Shown piece after piece: positions 14,890-27,288 of a stretch of DNA of 64,000 nt. The translations under genes were made by a program, and so were the position numbers. How positions within the stretch are numbered: position 1 is the first letter of the stretch; the number at the start of each line of letters is the position of its first letter. Below the pieces are notes generated by a model that worked only from the letters and a program-made list of their open reading frames with translations, made no database searches and had not been told where the DNA came from. Location: NCBI RefSeq assembly GCF_009914755.1, contig NC_060926.1. One strand, given 5' to 3'. The stretch is from the human T2T-CHM13v2.0 reference genome, Homo sapiens.

Positions 14890-15180
14890 CATTTTCTGTA
14901 CAAATCATACTAACAGATTAGGAAGAAAAGCGGAGAGAGCAACAGAAACAATATACGTCGACTTCAGCGGGGCTGACAATTTTTGCTTAACAGCTTTTAC
15001 AACACAGGCCGGACCCTATTGTTGGTTGTAGGGCTAGGCTCCAAAGAGTAATTTTAGTAGCTTGATGTCAGCATAAGGGCATTCCCAGAACACTAGTCCT
15101 TGGTCTGATATCTTAGCATTTTTATTAGCAAGTGCAATGACTCAATGGACATGCTGACTATGCAGCTGACAATACTTTAA
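14890..15180 (+). mobile_element. L3/CR1 LINE reverse-transcriptase relic
   Basis: Ordered degenerate RT motifs: IYVDFSGAD at 14951 (cf. VYLDFSKAFD), GIPRTLVLG at 15078 (cf. GVPQGSVLG), YAADNT at 15159 (cf. FADDT). Confidence 0.55.
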
Positions 15181-16194
15181 GAGAAAGAGATTTGTTTGAT
15201 AGAAGCCAGGAAACAAAAAAGTATGAAGGTAGTGTATTCAAAAGGTTCTCTTAGACTGGGAGAGACTTTGGGGATTTCTAGACCTACTGCCTTTAAGTGG
15301 AAATATAAGCGTAAGAGTGCTCTTTAAATGCATGACATACTTACAAAGAGTTGAAGCTTTTTTTTCTTCCATCTACCTAAGAGACTTGAGCCAATTTCAA
15401 CTGGGTGGCGCAGCCTTATGGCCATGTCTTACATAGTTGTATAACTTAATAAGCATCCATTCTGGATCCCAACCTAAGACTGGTCCTTGGTTGTTGGATA
15501 AAATGCCCTCTGTGTATCTTAATTTCATTGAACATCTGGGATAAAAGGGGTCGTTCTTATAATACTTTATACATAAAATACCTTTCAGTTAAAGACTCCA
15601 AATACCCATGCACCTATAAAGTTATTATTTTGACTAGAGGCTGTAAGTGTGAGAACATTTCACATAAATAAGGTAGAGATGGATTCCTGGCCCACTTGAG
15701 CCTCAGATGTTGTTAATGTCATCAGAGTTATGTGTTTATCCTACAACAGCTGAACTCATGCCTTGGCAGGTCAAAAACCTTTCTGTGCACTTTTCAACCC
15801 ACACTGAAGTTCTAATGTCTGGGAAAACACTCAGGAAAATATTATTTCCATTTGCAAATTTCCTTATGGTCACATTGTTATTTTGGCACAAGCAGGCAGA
15901 AATTAAATGTCTGTCAAATGCATATTACTGGCCTCACCAGCTAATGTATAATTCTGGCTTTGCCCTTTAATTTTTAGTAGGGCAACAAAGAATTGGTTTT
16001 AAACTTTCTTAAAGATCTGCCTTCACAAACTCTTAGGGAAACTCACAGATGTCAGGCTTATCCTGCAGATGGAAATCAAAACAGTCAAATCTTATCAAAA
16101 TTGAAGGTCTGCCTAGAGAAAACATACTTCCCCCAACACACAAAAATGTGTGTCTTTCAACTCATGCCTCCCTCAGTTTGACTGCTACATAAGG

Positions 16195-16440
16195 TTTCCT
16201 TTACTAAATGAACATTTACTGAGCACCTCCTAAGCACTGGATGCTGTTAAACACTAGAGAAGGTACAAAGACGAATCAGACCAGGTGCCTGCATTCAATG
16301 TGCCCATAATCTGGGGGAAAAAACAAATACTAAAGAAAGTAATTATGATTCTATGAAAAGGGGACTTTAACAGAAGCAAGTGGCTGGTGTGCTGATAACA
16401 TAGAGGAGACCATGCCTAACTGCCAGGAGGGTGGGGAAAG
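16195..16440 (-). mobile_element. L2 3' fragment
   Basis: AACATTTACTGAGCACCTCCTAAGCACTGG and following L2-like sequence. Confidence 0.55.
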
Positions 16441-16497
16441 GAGAGACTTCTGTCTGCCTGGGAGCCAAAAGTCAGCAACTGGTTTTCACACTCTTGA

Positions 16498-17128
16498 GAG
16501 GGGGTTGGCAAACTGTGATGCACAGGCCAAATCCAAGCCACTTCTTGTTTTCATAAATAAAGCTTTATTGCAACACAGCCACGCCCGATCATGTACATAT
16601 TATCTATGGTTACTTTTGAGCTGCAATGGCTGAGTTGAGTACTGAAGCTGTGTGGTAGGCAGAATAATGATCCCCCAAAACTGCTCACTCCCTAATACCT
16701 GGAACTCGTGGATATGTAATTTCACATGACCCAAACTAATTACATGAGTCTTTAAAAGCAGAGGACCTTTCTCCAGCTCTGGCCCACGAGACAGATGGCA
16801 GAATGAGAAGGATTTGATGTCCTAATGCTGGTCCCAAGATGTAGGAGGCTGTGTGCAAGAAACTGAGTTTTGCCAACTACTCCAGCAAGAAAATGCATCC
16901 TCCCTAGAGCCTCCAGGAAGGACAGCAGCCTTGATTTAAGCCCACTGAGACCCATGTTGACTCTGTTCTAAAGAACTGTAAGGTAAATTTCTGTTGTTTT
17001 AAGTCACTAACTGTGTTGATAATTTGTTAAAGCAGCAATAGAAAACTAACATAGATGAAAGTATGTGGCCCTGAAGCCTAAAATATTTATTCTTTACCCC
17101 TTTACAAGAAAAGTGTACCAACCCATGT
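16498..17128. mobile_element. MER58A-like hAT-Charlie element split by an MLT1 LTR
   Basis: GGGGTTGGCAAACT...AATAAAGCTTTATTGCAACACAGCCAC, resuming at AGCCTAAAATATTTA...CCTTTACAAGAAAAG...CCAACCC. Confidence 0.75.
16651..17053 (+). mobile_element. MLT1D-like solo LTR
   Basis: TGTGGTAGGCAGAATAATG...GCAGCAATAGAAAACTAACATA. Confidence 0.8.
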
Positions 17129-17144
17129 TCCTGAATATGCCTGG

Positions 17145-17719
17145 TGTAGGGGTGGAAATGGCTCCATTCCTATCACAAAAGACAGGTTAACAAGAGAAAA
17201 ATGTAACAAGTTTATTTAATCAAAGTTTTATGTGACATGGGAGGCTTCAGACATGAAAATCCAAAGAGGCAGGGAAACTGTCCATGTTTTTGCTTAGGTT
17301 CAATAAAAAATTGACAGGGTGTAGAAATGTAATTGGACAAAAGGATATAACCTAATAGTAATAAACTGGGGAAGAACACCCAGGAAAGTCTGTCTTCTAG
17401 ATTCTTTGTGGCCTCTCTGTGTAGCAAGTCTTCCCCCCAGGCCTGTGGCAGGACCCCACTGGAATGGGAAAAGGGTAAGAGTGACCTTTCTAGGTTTTAT
17501 GGCTTGCTTTGGGGAAAAGGGTTCTAATTTCTATGACCTGTCTCAGGGAAGAGGAATTCTGGTTTTTACTCATCACTTCCAGGGGAGAAAAAGGGGCAGG
17601 AGACAGGAGGGCAGGAGAAGGTCAGAACTTGCTTCTGAGACCTTCCAATGTCCTTCAGTTTAAAATATTCAGCATGCCAAAGTTCTGTACATTGAGGTAT
17701 CATGTTCTGAGCCCCAACC
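17145..17719 (-). mobile_element. ERV1 solo LTR, MER34/MER39 group
   Basis: Reverse complement starts GGTTGGGGCTCAGAACATGATACC and contains CTGACCTTCTCCTGCCCTCCTGTCTC. 4-bp TSD CTGG at 17141-17144 and 17720-17723. Confidence 0.75.
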
Positions 17720-17749
17720 CTGGCAAATATTCCAAGGATGTTTCAAAAG

Positions 17750-18274
17750 CCAGCAGCAGAAACTACTAATTGTCCCCCAGGATCTATTGTCTTTTTCTTC
17801 CTTTTAGTAACAGGACCCCATGCATAAATATGTTTTATAAGGGCTCATGAACACACAGCTACAGACTACATTTGTCAGCCCCCCTTGCAGCTAGGTTTAC
17901 TCATGTTCCCAAGCTATTGCCAGTGGATTGTGACTAGAAGTGATGTGTGCAACTCTATGTCACTTCCTTAAAAGGAAATTGCTTACCTTCCATTTCCTCT
18001 GGTCCCTTTGCACATGCTAGAATTCAAACCTGGTGATGTTAAACCATCTTTGGCAATATGGATGAGGACAGTGCCCTGGGGACTGGTGAAACAATAAGAT
18101 GAAGAGTATCTGAATCCCTGAATGTTCTTATGGAGTAGAGCTGCCTAACTACCCTGGATCCCACTACCTACCTCTGGACTGTTACATGAGAGAAGAACAA
18201 ATTTTCGTTATCTGAGTCACTGTGTTCTAGGGTTTCTCTGTTTCAGCAACTCAATACTAGTACTGACTAGTACA
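17750..18274 (+). mobile_element. MLT1J/K-like old MaLR LTR
   Basis: GACTACATTT...CCCTTGCAGCTAGG, AGAAGTGATGTGTGCAACT, end CTGACTAGTACA. Confidence 0.7.
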
Positions 18275-18494
18275 GGGGAGCAGTCCCCTATCTTAGCATA
18301 GGATCAGAGAGAAAATAGTTCATCAATGGGCTGCTCTAATTCACAGCCATCATAGGTGCTTGGAACTTTCCCAAAACCCCATGAAACCTCTTGTGGAGAC
18401 TTTAAAACATGGCTGCAAATTATTTGACATTCCTCCCATTGAGAGATGGGATCTATGTTCCTTCTCCTTGAGTCAGGGCAGGCTTGTGTCTGGG

Positions 18495-18781
<287 letters not shown>

Positions 18782-18951
18782 TTGTGTCTGTTTTGACACA
18801 TAAAGTATGCCACAAGTGGTGTTAGTTACTTCACAGGCTGGGTCATAAAAGGTCATGCTGCTTTTATGCTGTTAGCTGGAACTTTCACACATGGAACCCT
18901 AAGCCACCATGTTTGAAGTCCGGCTACCCTGGGCCCACCATGCTGGAGTGG

Positions 18952-21165
18952 TGATATGGTTTGGCTGTGTCCCCACTCAAGTCTCATCTTGAATTCCCAC
19001 ATATTGTGGGAGGGACCGGTAGGAGGTAATTGAATCATGGGGACAGGTCTTTCCCATGCTGTTCTCCTGATAGTGCATAAGTCTCACAAGATCTGATGGT
19101 TTTAAAAAAGGGAGTTTCCCTGCACAAGCTCTCTTCTCTTGTCTGCCACCATATGAGATGTGCCTTTCACCCTCTGCCATGATTGTGAGGCCTCCTCAGT
19201 CATGTGGAACTGTGAGTCCGTTAAAACTCTTTCTTTTGTAAATTTCCCAGTCTCAGATATGTCTTTATCAGCAGCATGAAAATGAACTAATACAGTAAAT
19301 TGGTACCGGGAGTGGGGTGCTACTGAAAAGATACCCAAAAAGGTGAAAGCAACTTTGGAACTTGGTAACAGGTAGAGATTGGAACAGTTTGGAGGGCTCA
19401 GAAGAAGACAGAAAAATGTGGGAAAGTTTGGAACTTCCTAGAGACTTATTGTATGGCTTTGACCAAAATGCTAATAGTGATATGGACAATGAAATCCAGG
19501 CTGAGGTGATTTCAGATGGAGATGAGGAACTTGTTGGGAACTGGAGCAAAAGTGACTCTTGTTATGTTTTGGCAAAGACACTGGTGGCATTTTGCTCCTG
19601 CCCTGGAGATTTGTGAAACTTTGAACTTGAGAGAGATGACTTAGGGTATCTGACAGAAGAAATTTCTAAGCAGCAAAGCATTCAAGAGATGACTTGCGCA
19701 CTGTTAAGGCATGCCATTTTAAAAGGGAAACAGAGAAAAAAAGTTTGGAAAAATTTGCAGCCTGACAATGCGATAGAAAAAAAAAATCCCATTTTCTGAG
19801 GAGAAATTCAAGCTGGCTGCAGAAAGTTGCGTAAGTAACAAGGAGCTGAATGTTAATCGCCAAGACGATGGGGAAAATGTCTCCAGGGCATGTCAGAAAC
19901 CTTTACGGAAGGCCCTTGCATCGCAGGCCCAGAGGTTTAGGAGGAAATAATAGTTTTGTGGGCCGGGCCCAGCGTCCCTCTGCTGTGTGCAGTCTAGGGA
20001 CTTGGTGCCCTGTGTCCCAGCCATGACTAAAAGGGGCCAAGGTACAGCTCAGGCTGTTGCTTCAGAGGGTTGAAGCCCCAAGCCTTGGCAGCTTCCATGT
20101 GGTGTTGAGCCTGTGGGTGCACAGAAGTCAAGAACCTCCACCTAGATTTCAGAGGATGTATGGAAATGCAGGGGCAGTGCCCTCATGAAAACTTCTGCTC
20201 CAGCAGTGCGGAAGGGAAATGTGAGGTTGGAGCCCCCACACAGAGTCCCTGCTGGGGTACTGCCTAGTGGAGCTGTGAGAAGAGGACCACTGCTCTCAAG
20301 ACCCCAGAATGGGAGATCCACCAACAGCTTGAACCGTGTGCCTGGTAAAGCCACAGACACTCAATGCCAGCCCATGAAAGCAGCCAGGAAAGGGACTATA
20401 CCCCACAAAGCCACAGGTGCAGAGGTGCCCAAGGCCACGGGAGGCCACCTTTTGCATCAGCATGACCTAGATGTGAGACATGGAGTCAAAGGAGATCATT
20501 TTGGAGCTTTAAGATTTGACTGCCCTGCTGGCTTTTGGACTTGCATGGGGCCTGTAGCCCCTTTGTTTTGGCCAATTTCTCCCATTTGGAATGGCTGTAT
20601 TTACCCAATGCCTGTATCCCCATTGTATCTAGGAAGTGACTAACTTGCTTTTGATTTTGCAGGCTCGTAGGTGGAAGGAAATTGCCTTGTCTCAGCTGAG
20701 ACTTTGGACAGTGGACTTTTGAGTTAATGCTGAAATGAGTTAAGATTTTGGGGGACTGTTGAGAAGGCATGATTGGTTTTCAAATGTGAGGACATGAGAT
20801 TTGGGAGGGGCCAGGTATCGAAGGATATGGCTTGACTGTGTCTGCACCCAAGTCTCATCTTGAATTCCCATATATTGTGTGAGGGACCCAGTGGGAGGTG
20901 ATTGAATCATGGGGACAGGTCTTTCTCATGCTGTCTCACAATAGTGAATAAGTCTCACAAGATCTGATGGTTTTAAAAAGGGGAGTTTCCCTGTAAAAGC
21001 TCTCTTGCCTTGTCTGCCACCATGTGAGATGTGGCTTTCACCTTCCACCATGATTGTGAGGCCTCCCCAGTCATGTGGAACTGTGAGTCCATTAAACCTC
21101 TTTCTTTTGTAAATTCCCCAATCTTGGGTATGTCTTTATCAGCAGCATGAAAACAGACTAATAGA
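18952..21165 (+). mobile_element. Full-length THE1 (THE1B-like): 5' LTR 18952-19294, internal 19295-20822, 3' LTR 20823-21165
   Basis: Two alignable LTRs of about 343 bp. Internal region begins GTAAATTGGTACC. 5-bp TSD AGTGG/AATGG. Confidence 0.95.
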
Positions 21166-22220
21166 AATGGTCACATGGAGATGCTCAGGTCAGTAGTCCC
21201 AGCTAAGCCCATTCTTCAGTCACCCTAATCAGATGCCAAACATATGAGTAAAAAAGTCATCTTGGAAGTAGATCCCCCAGCCCTAACTATTCCATCCCCA
21301 GCAATTTGAGATACACCTAATTATAAGAGACATCTCAGATGTTATGAAACAGAGAAGAGCCCTTTGCCTTTTCTGAATTCTTGACTCACAGAATCCATGA
21401 GCATAATAAAATGGTTATTCTATATCACTAGGTTCTGAGAAGGTTTGTTACGCCTCTCCCTAGGAATGAAGGAAGAGGAAAATGAGTTAGAGGACAAAGC
21501 ATAAAAATCCACTGTTCTCCTGATCACCCAGAAGCCAACAATTGGGATCCATCCTGAAAAGGCAAATGAGATATCTCCTGCATGACCTTCAACTTAGGTG
21601 ATAGAACCCCAAAGTCTTCACTGGTTCACACCCGTAGACCTGGGTCCTCTGAGCCACTTTGGGGCTTGCCTTACCATATATAGCACAACACTGAGAATCC
21701 AGCTGTAGTGATACTCAGAAACTGACACCATTATTCTAATTTTACCCATAAGACAAACCTTTGCGAAAAAGGATGTCCTGCAGAGTGCCCTGGATCAGAT
21801 GATCCAGGAAACGTCACTATAGAAATGCCAAGCATCTTGGTAGCATCAAGCATTCCAATTTCTATGGGGCAGTACTGCTACAAGGTTTGATTAATACTGG
21901 TATACCACTAGGCAACTTGGATTTCTATGACATCTCTCCTCTCGGAAGTGTGCTGGTGTGCAATAACTTGAGGCTTACAGTGAATTAAGGGCTGTGAACT
22001 TGCTGACATACACTGGCAGCCAGGATGGGATCAGTCCACAGGAAGAGAAAGAAAAGCAAATCTTCTTCCCTGCTGTAAATGATCCCTCTGCCATTGGGAG
22101 TTCTCAAGTCTTTGTTAACCCATGTTTGCTAAGACCCTTGGCCAATGTCGTTAAAACCAAATGCTAGTTAAAACCAAAACCCATACCCTGTTTAACCCAT
22201 TAGTGGGTGTTCTTGAAATA

Positions 22221-22534
22221 CAGTCTCGCATTACCTAACAATGACATGTTCTGAGAAATGTGTAGTTAGGTGATTTTGTCATTGTGTGAACCTCATATAG
22301 TGTACTTACACGAACCTAGATGGTACAGCCTACTACACACCTACACTATAAGATATAGCCAGTTGCTCCTAGGCTACAAACCTGCACAGCATGTTACCAC
22401 ACTGAATACTGTAGACAATTCTAACACAATGAACAGAAAATGTGCAGTGAAAATACAGTATTACAGTCTTACAAGACCACCCTCATATATGTGGTCTAAC
22501 ATTGACCAACACATCATTATGCGATGCATGACTA
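22221..22534. mobile_element. Tigger3a-like (TcMar) MITE
   Basis: TA-CAGTC...GACTA-TA termini. Internal GTACTTACACGAACCTAGATGGTACAGCCTACTACACACCTA. Confidence 0.85.
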
Positions 22535-23066
22535 TATATTATACAACTACAATTTTTAAAATTGTAAATGAATTTATTCTGAAGATCAAACTAGATTTGC
22601 TCAATACTCGGTAAGTCTTGCAATAGCCTTTGGCCAAATGCAGTAAAGACTAGACCAAGGTTTATTGATGGAATGAGAGAGCAAATGAGAAGAAGCTTTA
22701 ACATTCACATAATTAGATTTTATTTAGAAATGCTTATATCTGTTAAAATCATCGTCAAAAGGTAGCTAATTTTGTTGAAACTCGACTGACAGAATATGCT
22801 TTTCCTTACCAAGTGGTTGAAGTTTAAAGTTTCCAATGCCCACTAGTAATCTTTCCTCAGCCCTGCCTCCCCGTGCCACCACTCCACCGACCTCTTTGCT
22901 GGAAAGATTCCGTGTTTAATATTTTCTTTCATTGTAAACTGCATGCCTATCAAGCTTTGGGACTCATTTCAATATTGATGTAAGTAAAGCAGATCTGAGA
23001 AATAAAGGCCCAAAGGCAATTCTCAAGAATCCGTGAAAAGGTAATTTATCCAAGGAACAGTTCATT

Positions 23067-23374
23067 GTTTTTTTCTTTGTTTGTTTTTGTTTTTGTTTTT
23101 TGAGATGGAGTCTTGCTCTGTCACTCAGGGTAGAGTGCAGTGGCATGCTCACTACAACCTCTGCCTTCTGGGTTCAAGCGATTCTCTGGCCTCAGCCTCC
23201 TGAGTAGCTGGGATTACAGGTGCCCCCCACCACGCCCAGCTAATTTTTGTATTTTTAGTAGAGACGGGGTTTCACCATCTTGGCCAGGCTGGTCTTGAAC
23301 TCCTGACCTCATGATCCACCCGCCTCGGCCTCCCAAACTGCTGGGATTACAGGTGTGAGCCACTGCTCCCGGCC
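23067..23374 (-). mobile_element. AluS (Sg-like) with T-rich (TTTTTG)n tail
   Basis: Full dimer. GGCCAGGCTGGTCTTGAACTCCTGACCTCATGATCC. Confidence 0.9.
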
Positions 23375-23964
23375 AGTCATTAGAAATCATTAGATTTTCT
23401 TAATGCAGTGGGATACTTTCCAGATGACAAAATCCACTAAATAGACAACAGGATAGATTGTGAAATGCATAGTTCTAAATGATAGCTTCACATTAAGTGG
23501 GAGACTTTCAGTATGATTGGAACTGATATTATCTAGTACTCCCAAGGTGTTTGAAATGATACAGTCCAGCCCTCTATCCCGTGACTAGTCCATCAGTAAA
23601 CTTTATCTTGAATATTTTGATTTTGAGTTCCACTGACACTCTCCCATCACTAAATATTACCTACATACTTCACACCCTTTAACATCAGCATTGAAATACT
23701 AAGATTTACAGAAAGTCCCTTTTGCCTTAGGATATTTCTTAGAGTTATAGATTCTCTTCCTAAACATCCAGTTAAGTATAAGGCAAGAACCTATCAGCTA
23801 ATACCTCTTTCAAAATTTTTTAAAAGGTATTTTCCAAATAATACTTCTGATTTTACCAACTTATAACTACTCTGGAAAAATTACTTTCTTTTGCTTAAAA
23901 CTTTAAAATGAAATTCCTTTTAGATATCTTTTCCTTTTAGATTATTTCTTATGACCCTTTAAAG

Positions 23965-24314
23965 CAGCAATCTGCAACCTATCTGGCACCAGGGACTGGT
24001 TTTGTGGAAGACAATTTTTCTATGGATCAGGGTGGGTCGGGGGTGGGGAATATTTTGGGATGAAACTATTCCATTTCAGATCATCAGACATTAATTAAAT
24101 TCTCATAAGAAGCGTGCAACCTAGATCTCTCGCATGCGTAGTTTACAATAGGGTTGGTGCTCCTATGAGAATCTAATGTGGCTACTGAAGTGACAGGAGG
24201 TGGAGCTCAGGCGGGAATGCTCTCTTGCCCGCCACTCCCCTCCTGCTCTGCGACCCGGTTCCTAATAGGCTGTGGACCAGTACCGGTCTGTGGCCCAGGG
24301 GTTGGGGACCCCTG
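23965..24314. mobile_element. MER1B (hAT-Charlie MITE)
   Basis: GGCACCAGGGACTGGTTTTGTGGAAGACAATTTTTC...GGGGTTGGGGACCCCTG. Perfect 8-bp TSD CTTTAAAG at 23957-23964 and 24315-24322. Confidence 0.92.
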
Positions 24315-24409
24315 CTTTAAAGGTGAAGGGCAGAACAGGCTAGTCCTATATCTACTAATTAGCCCACAAACAGATTCTTAATGGAACCACAGTTAGAGCA
24401 GTAATCCTT

Positions 24410-24520
24410 ATAAAACAGAAGGTTTGGGTATTAGTGCTGGGTTTACCCCTAACTGCCTGACCTTGGATGAATCACGTCACCTCTTTGGACTTCAGTTTCC
24501 TCATCTACAAAATCAAGGTC
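24410..24520 (+). mobile_element. MIR core fragment
   Basis: TGACCTTGGATGAATCAC...CTTCAGTTTCCTCATCTACAAAAT. Confidence 0.7.
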
Positions 24521-25238
24521 AAAACAGAAGATCTTGCAAGTTGTTTCTTTTCAGCACAGATATTAGTTGTGCTTGAGTATTTATAATTCTTTAACTCTTG
24601 CTCTAATGTGTGTGTCATCCACTTCAGTAATTCAACAAGCCGTGACTTACTGAGCCACTGCAAAATGGAAAACACATGCTTGACACTATACGTGATACTG
24701 AAGTGACAGATGCAGAACCTCCACTTGGGGAACCCCAATTTAGCTGGGAAGATAGGACCAAGACATGAAGTTGTATGATGTCACCACACAATGTACAAGT
24801 TGGCACCAGTGTCAATCTTTGACTGCTCAGCTGCAGATTTTGAAGGCCTCCCAACAGCTCACCCTTTCTAAACCAGGAGACAATGAGAAACAAGCTTAGC
24901 AATGTATTAAAGGACAGATCCTCACTAGTTCGGTATATAATCCTGAAGTGGATATCCTGAACCCCACTCCCCTGCCACAGACACCCATATGCCTTCAATT
25001 AAACACTGCACAATCCATATGATAGTTTTTTTCTACTCTGTTTTCTCATGAATTTTATCAGTTATTGTGCAGGCTAAGGTGCTCTATCAGAATCCCACAA
25101 ATTGGAGTCACTTAAATTAGAAGTTTAACTACTTCTAATGTAATAATGGTCCAGAAGCTGGTAGGGTAGTTCTATTGTCCTCTACACCTGGCTTGCATTT
25201 CTGGACCCAAGAGAGCTGTCTCAATTTCATACATTACT

Positions 25239-25333
25239 ATGGTGATGGCAATGATGATGGCAAAGTGTGAAAACGGTGATGGCAAATGGTGATGGCAAAG
25301 CAATGGTGATGGCAAAGCAATGGTGATGGCAAA
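25239..25333. repeat. Short imperfect tandem array, six copies of a TGATGGCAA core (units 12-22 bp)
   Basis: Read directly. Two perfect 17-bp units ATGGTGATGGCAAAGCA near the 3' end. Confidence 0.9.
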
Positions 25334-27204
25334 ATAACTTGAATGCCGCAATCTTGAAGAGTCAGTATGGTGTTTAGGTAAAGAAATTATCGAGGGCTTT
25401 GAATTTATTTAAGTAACCAAAATCAAGCCTATCTCGGTGCTTCTCCCCACAATTGTGTAACCCAGAGTGTTTTCATAGATGTGTTCCTAATTTTCTCTAA
25501 GAACTTGTTGTTCTGCTGATGAAGAACATTTGAAGTGGAAAAGCACAGAGCCTCAAGACAGCAAAACTGGGGGTTGAGGGAAACTCCGAGGTAGTGTAAA
25601 TGACACAACCATACTGAAATGCAGCCAAGAAGTTTGCATTAAGAGATTTGCTGCTGTTTGGGCAGAAAGAAGACTGATATTTGCATTCAGCCTCTCCTCA
25701 TGTGTTGTGTAGTGGGATTGTTTTTAAGCTTGAAAATACTTTAACAGGCTGTTTCCAAGGTAAAAACTTAGAAGTCCCAACCTCTGTTGAAGAAGGAAGG
25801 AGGGGGGACAGCTTGTAGAGAGATGCAAATAGACACTTCAAAGTTAATAACATTCACAGTCCCTAGTAAGTCAAAAGGGGAAATGTGGAGAGAACAGAGG
25901 TAGTCATCTGCAACATTCAAAGATCTGGGGAAATTGGGTCTAGATGAAATCATCCTGATAGTGGAGTGTATCTTTTGGGGCTACCTCAGAGAAAAGGACA
26001 TTACACCTTATAGCTCCAGACTGAATGTATGTGATAATGAATTCATGAGCTTGAGAATGTGCCTATGACATTTCTTCTACTATAAACTTAATACTTATAT
26101 AAATGGGATGTTTTCAGAGCCACAGGAGGGAAAGTAAGACAGAGCAGCTCAGCAAGTGGAAACAAGCTGCTTACCTTACATATCTATATTTTTCTTTGTG
26201 AAATGGCATAAAGTATCCTGTTCCATAATCGAATTCCTTCAAAGTCTTTTTAAAGCAAAGTTTTCCCCAAATATTTATATGGAAAAAAATGTGCTTATAA
26301 CCAAATAGAATGTAATTCTAATCAGAGTTTCCTCCAAACTAAGTTGGTCTTTCCAATACTAAGTTTCTTCTTCCAGTCATTAGAGTCAAGCACTAGATAC
26401 ACTGGTTTTTCCTAACCTCTGTATATCTAAAAAGCTTAAAACAACAACAATAAAAACATACACATACTTCTGTATTATTGATATCCTAATCAAATCTGTT
26501 TGTTCAGAGATCAAGCCAGATTGATACATTAAATGTTAACATAAAATTTATGATCATTTGGGCTTAGATTTACAAATCCTAAACTTGGTGATAAATATAA
26601 ATTTATCTCACTTTTTGAGAGATTTATTTCCAAAAATTATATGATGAACATGTTATCTTAAATACTGAAATGTGTGGTGTATTATCCGGAGTGAATAATT
26701 GCACCTAAAAACTGTATGTTCACAGATAGGTTTTCTGAAAGCAAGCTGCAGATGCACATAGAGAAGGTAGAAACTGGCCTCTGCCCCCTCACTCTGAAGC
26801 TCATGTTGAAGCCACCTCCCTAGATAGTGACACAGAGCAGCAAGCGTGCTGAAACACTAGCTCCTTTCTATTCCATTTCTCCATCCAGTGTTTAGCCAAG
26901 AACCACTTCTCAACAAAGTGCTTTGTTGCCCAAGCTCTATCACTAAGCACCACTGAGCCTCCAGCTGGGTAACCTCTCTAGACTTTCTCCTTTTATGTTT
27001 AAAGCGTGTGCTCAGAGGTGGACCCTACGCTATCAGGCTTCACTTCCACAGTATCAGGTTCACTGCGATTCTCTTTCAAGGCTGAAGTCACTGTAATAAC
27101 CTACTCCAGAGATCTACTTGGCACTCAAGCAACTCAGAAATTTAAGGAACAATGCTTTCGTTCTGAGTACTGTGATTTTGTTTCAACAAAGCTCCCAGAC
27201 TGAG

Positions 27205-27288
27205 CTCTCTTTCTCATTTTCAGGTGAGGAGGGCCTTGTGTCTCCACCATTTACAAATCTCAGATTTGAAGATTGCACATGAGTAAGC
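27205..27288 (+). other. Candidate 3' splice site fused to a 5' splice site, plus a 59-nt pseudo-exon
   Basis: CTCTCTTTCTCATTTTCAG|GTGAGG at 27223/27224 and TGA|GTAAGC at 27282/27283. Motif evidence only. Confidence 0.3.

Noticed and set aside
19362-20643. ORFs inside the THE1 internal region (84 aa and 152 aa)
   Set aside because: Broken remnants of the MaLR internal ORF with stops and deletions, not an intact gene.
21789-21808. CCTGGATCA-GA-TGATCCAGG near-palindrome
   Set aside because: A 9-bp stem is near chance expectation in 64 kb.
25239-25333. CRISPR-like repeat-spacer array
   Set aside because: Repeats are about 12 bp with 0-10 bp spacers, there are no cas genes, and the context is eukaryotic.
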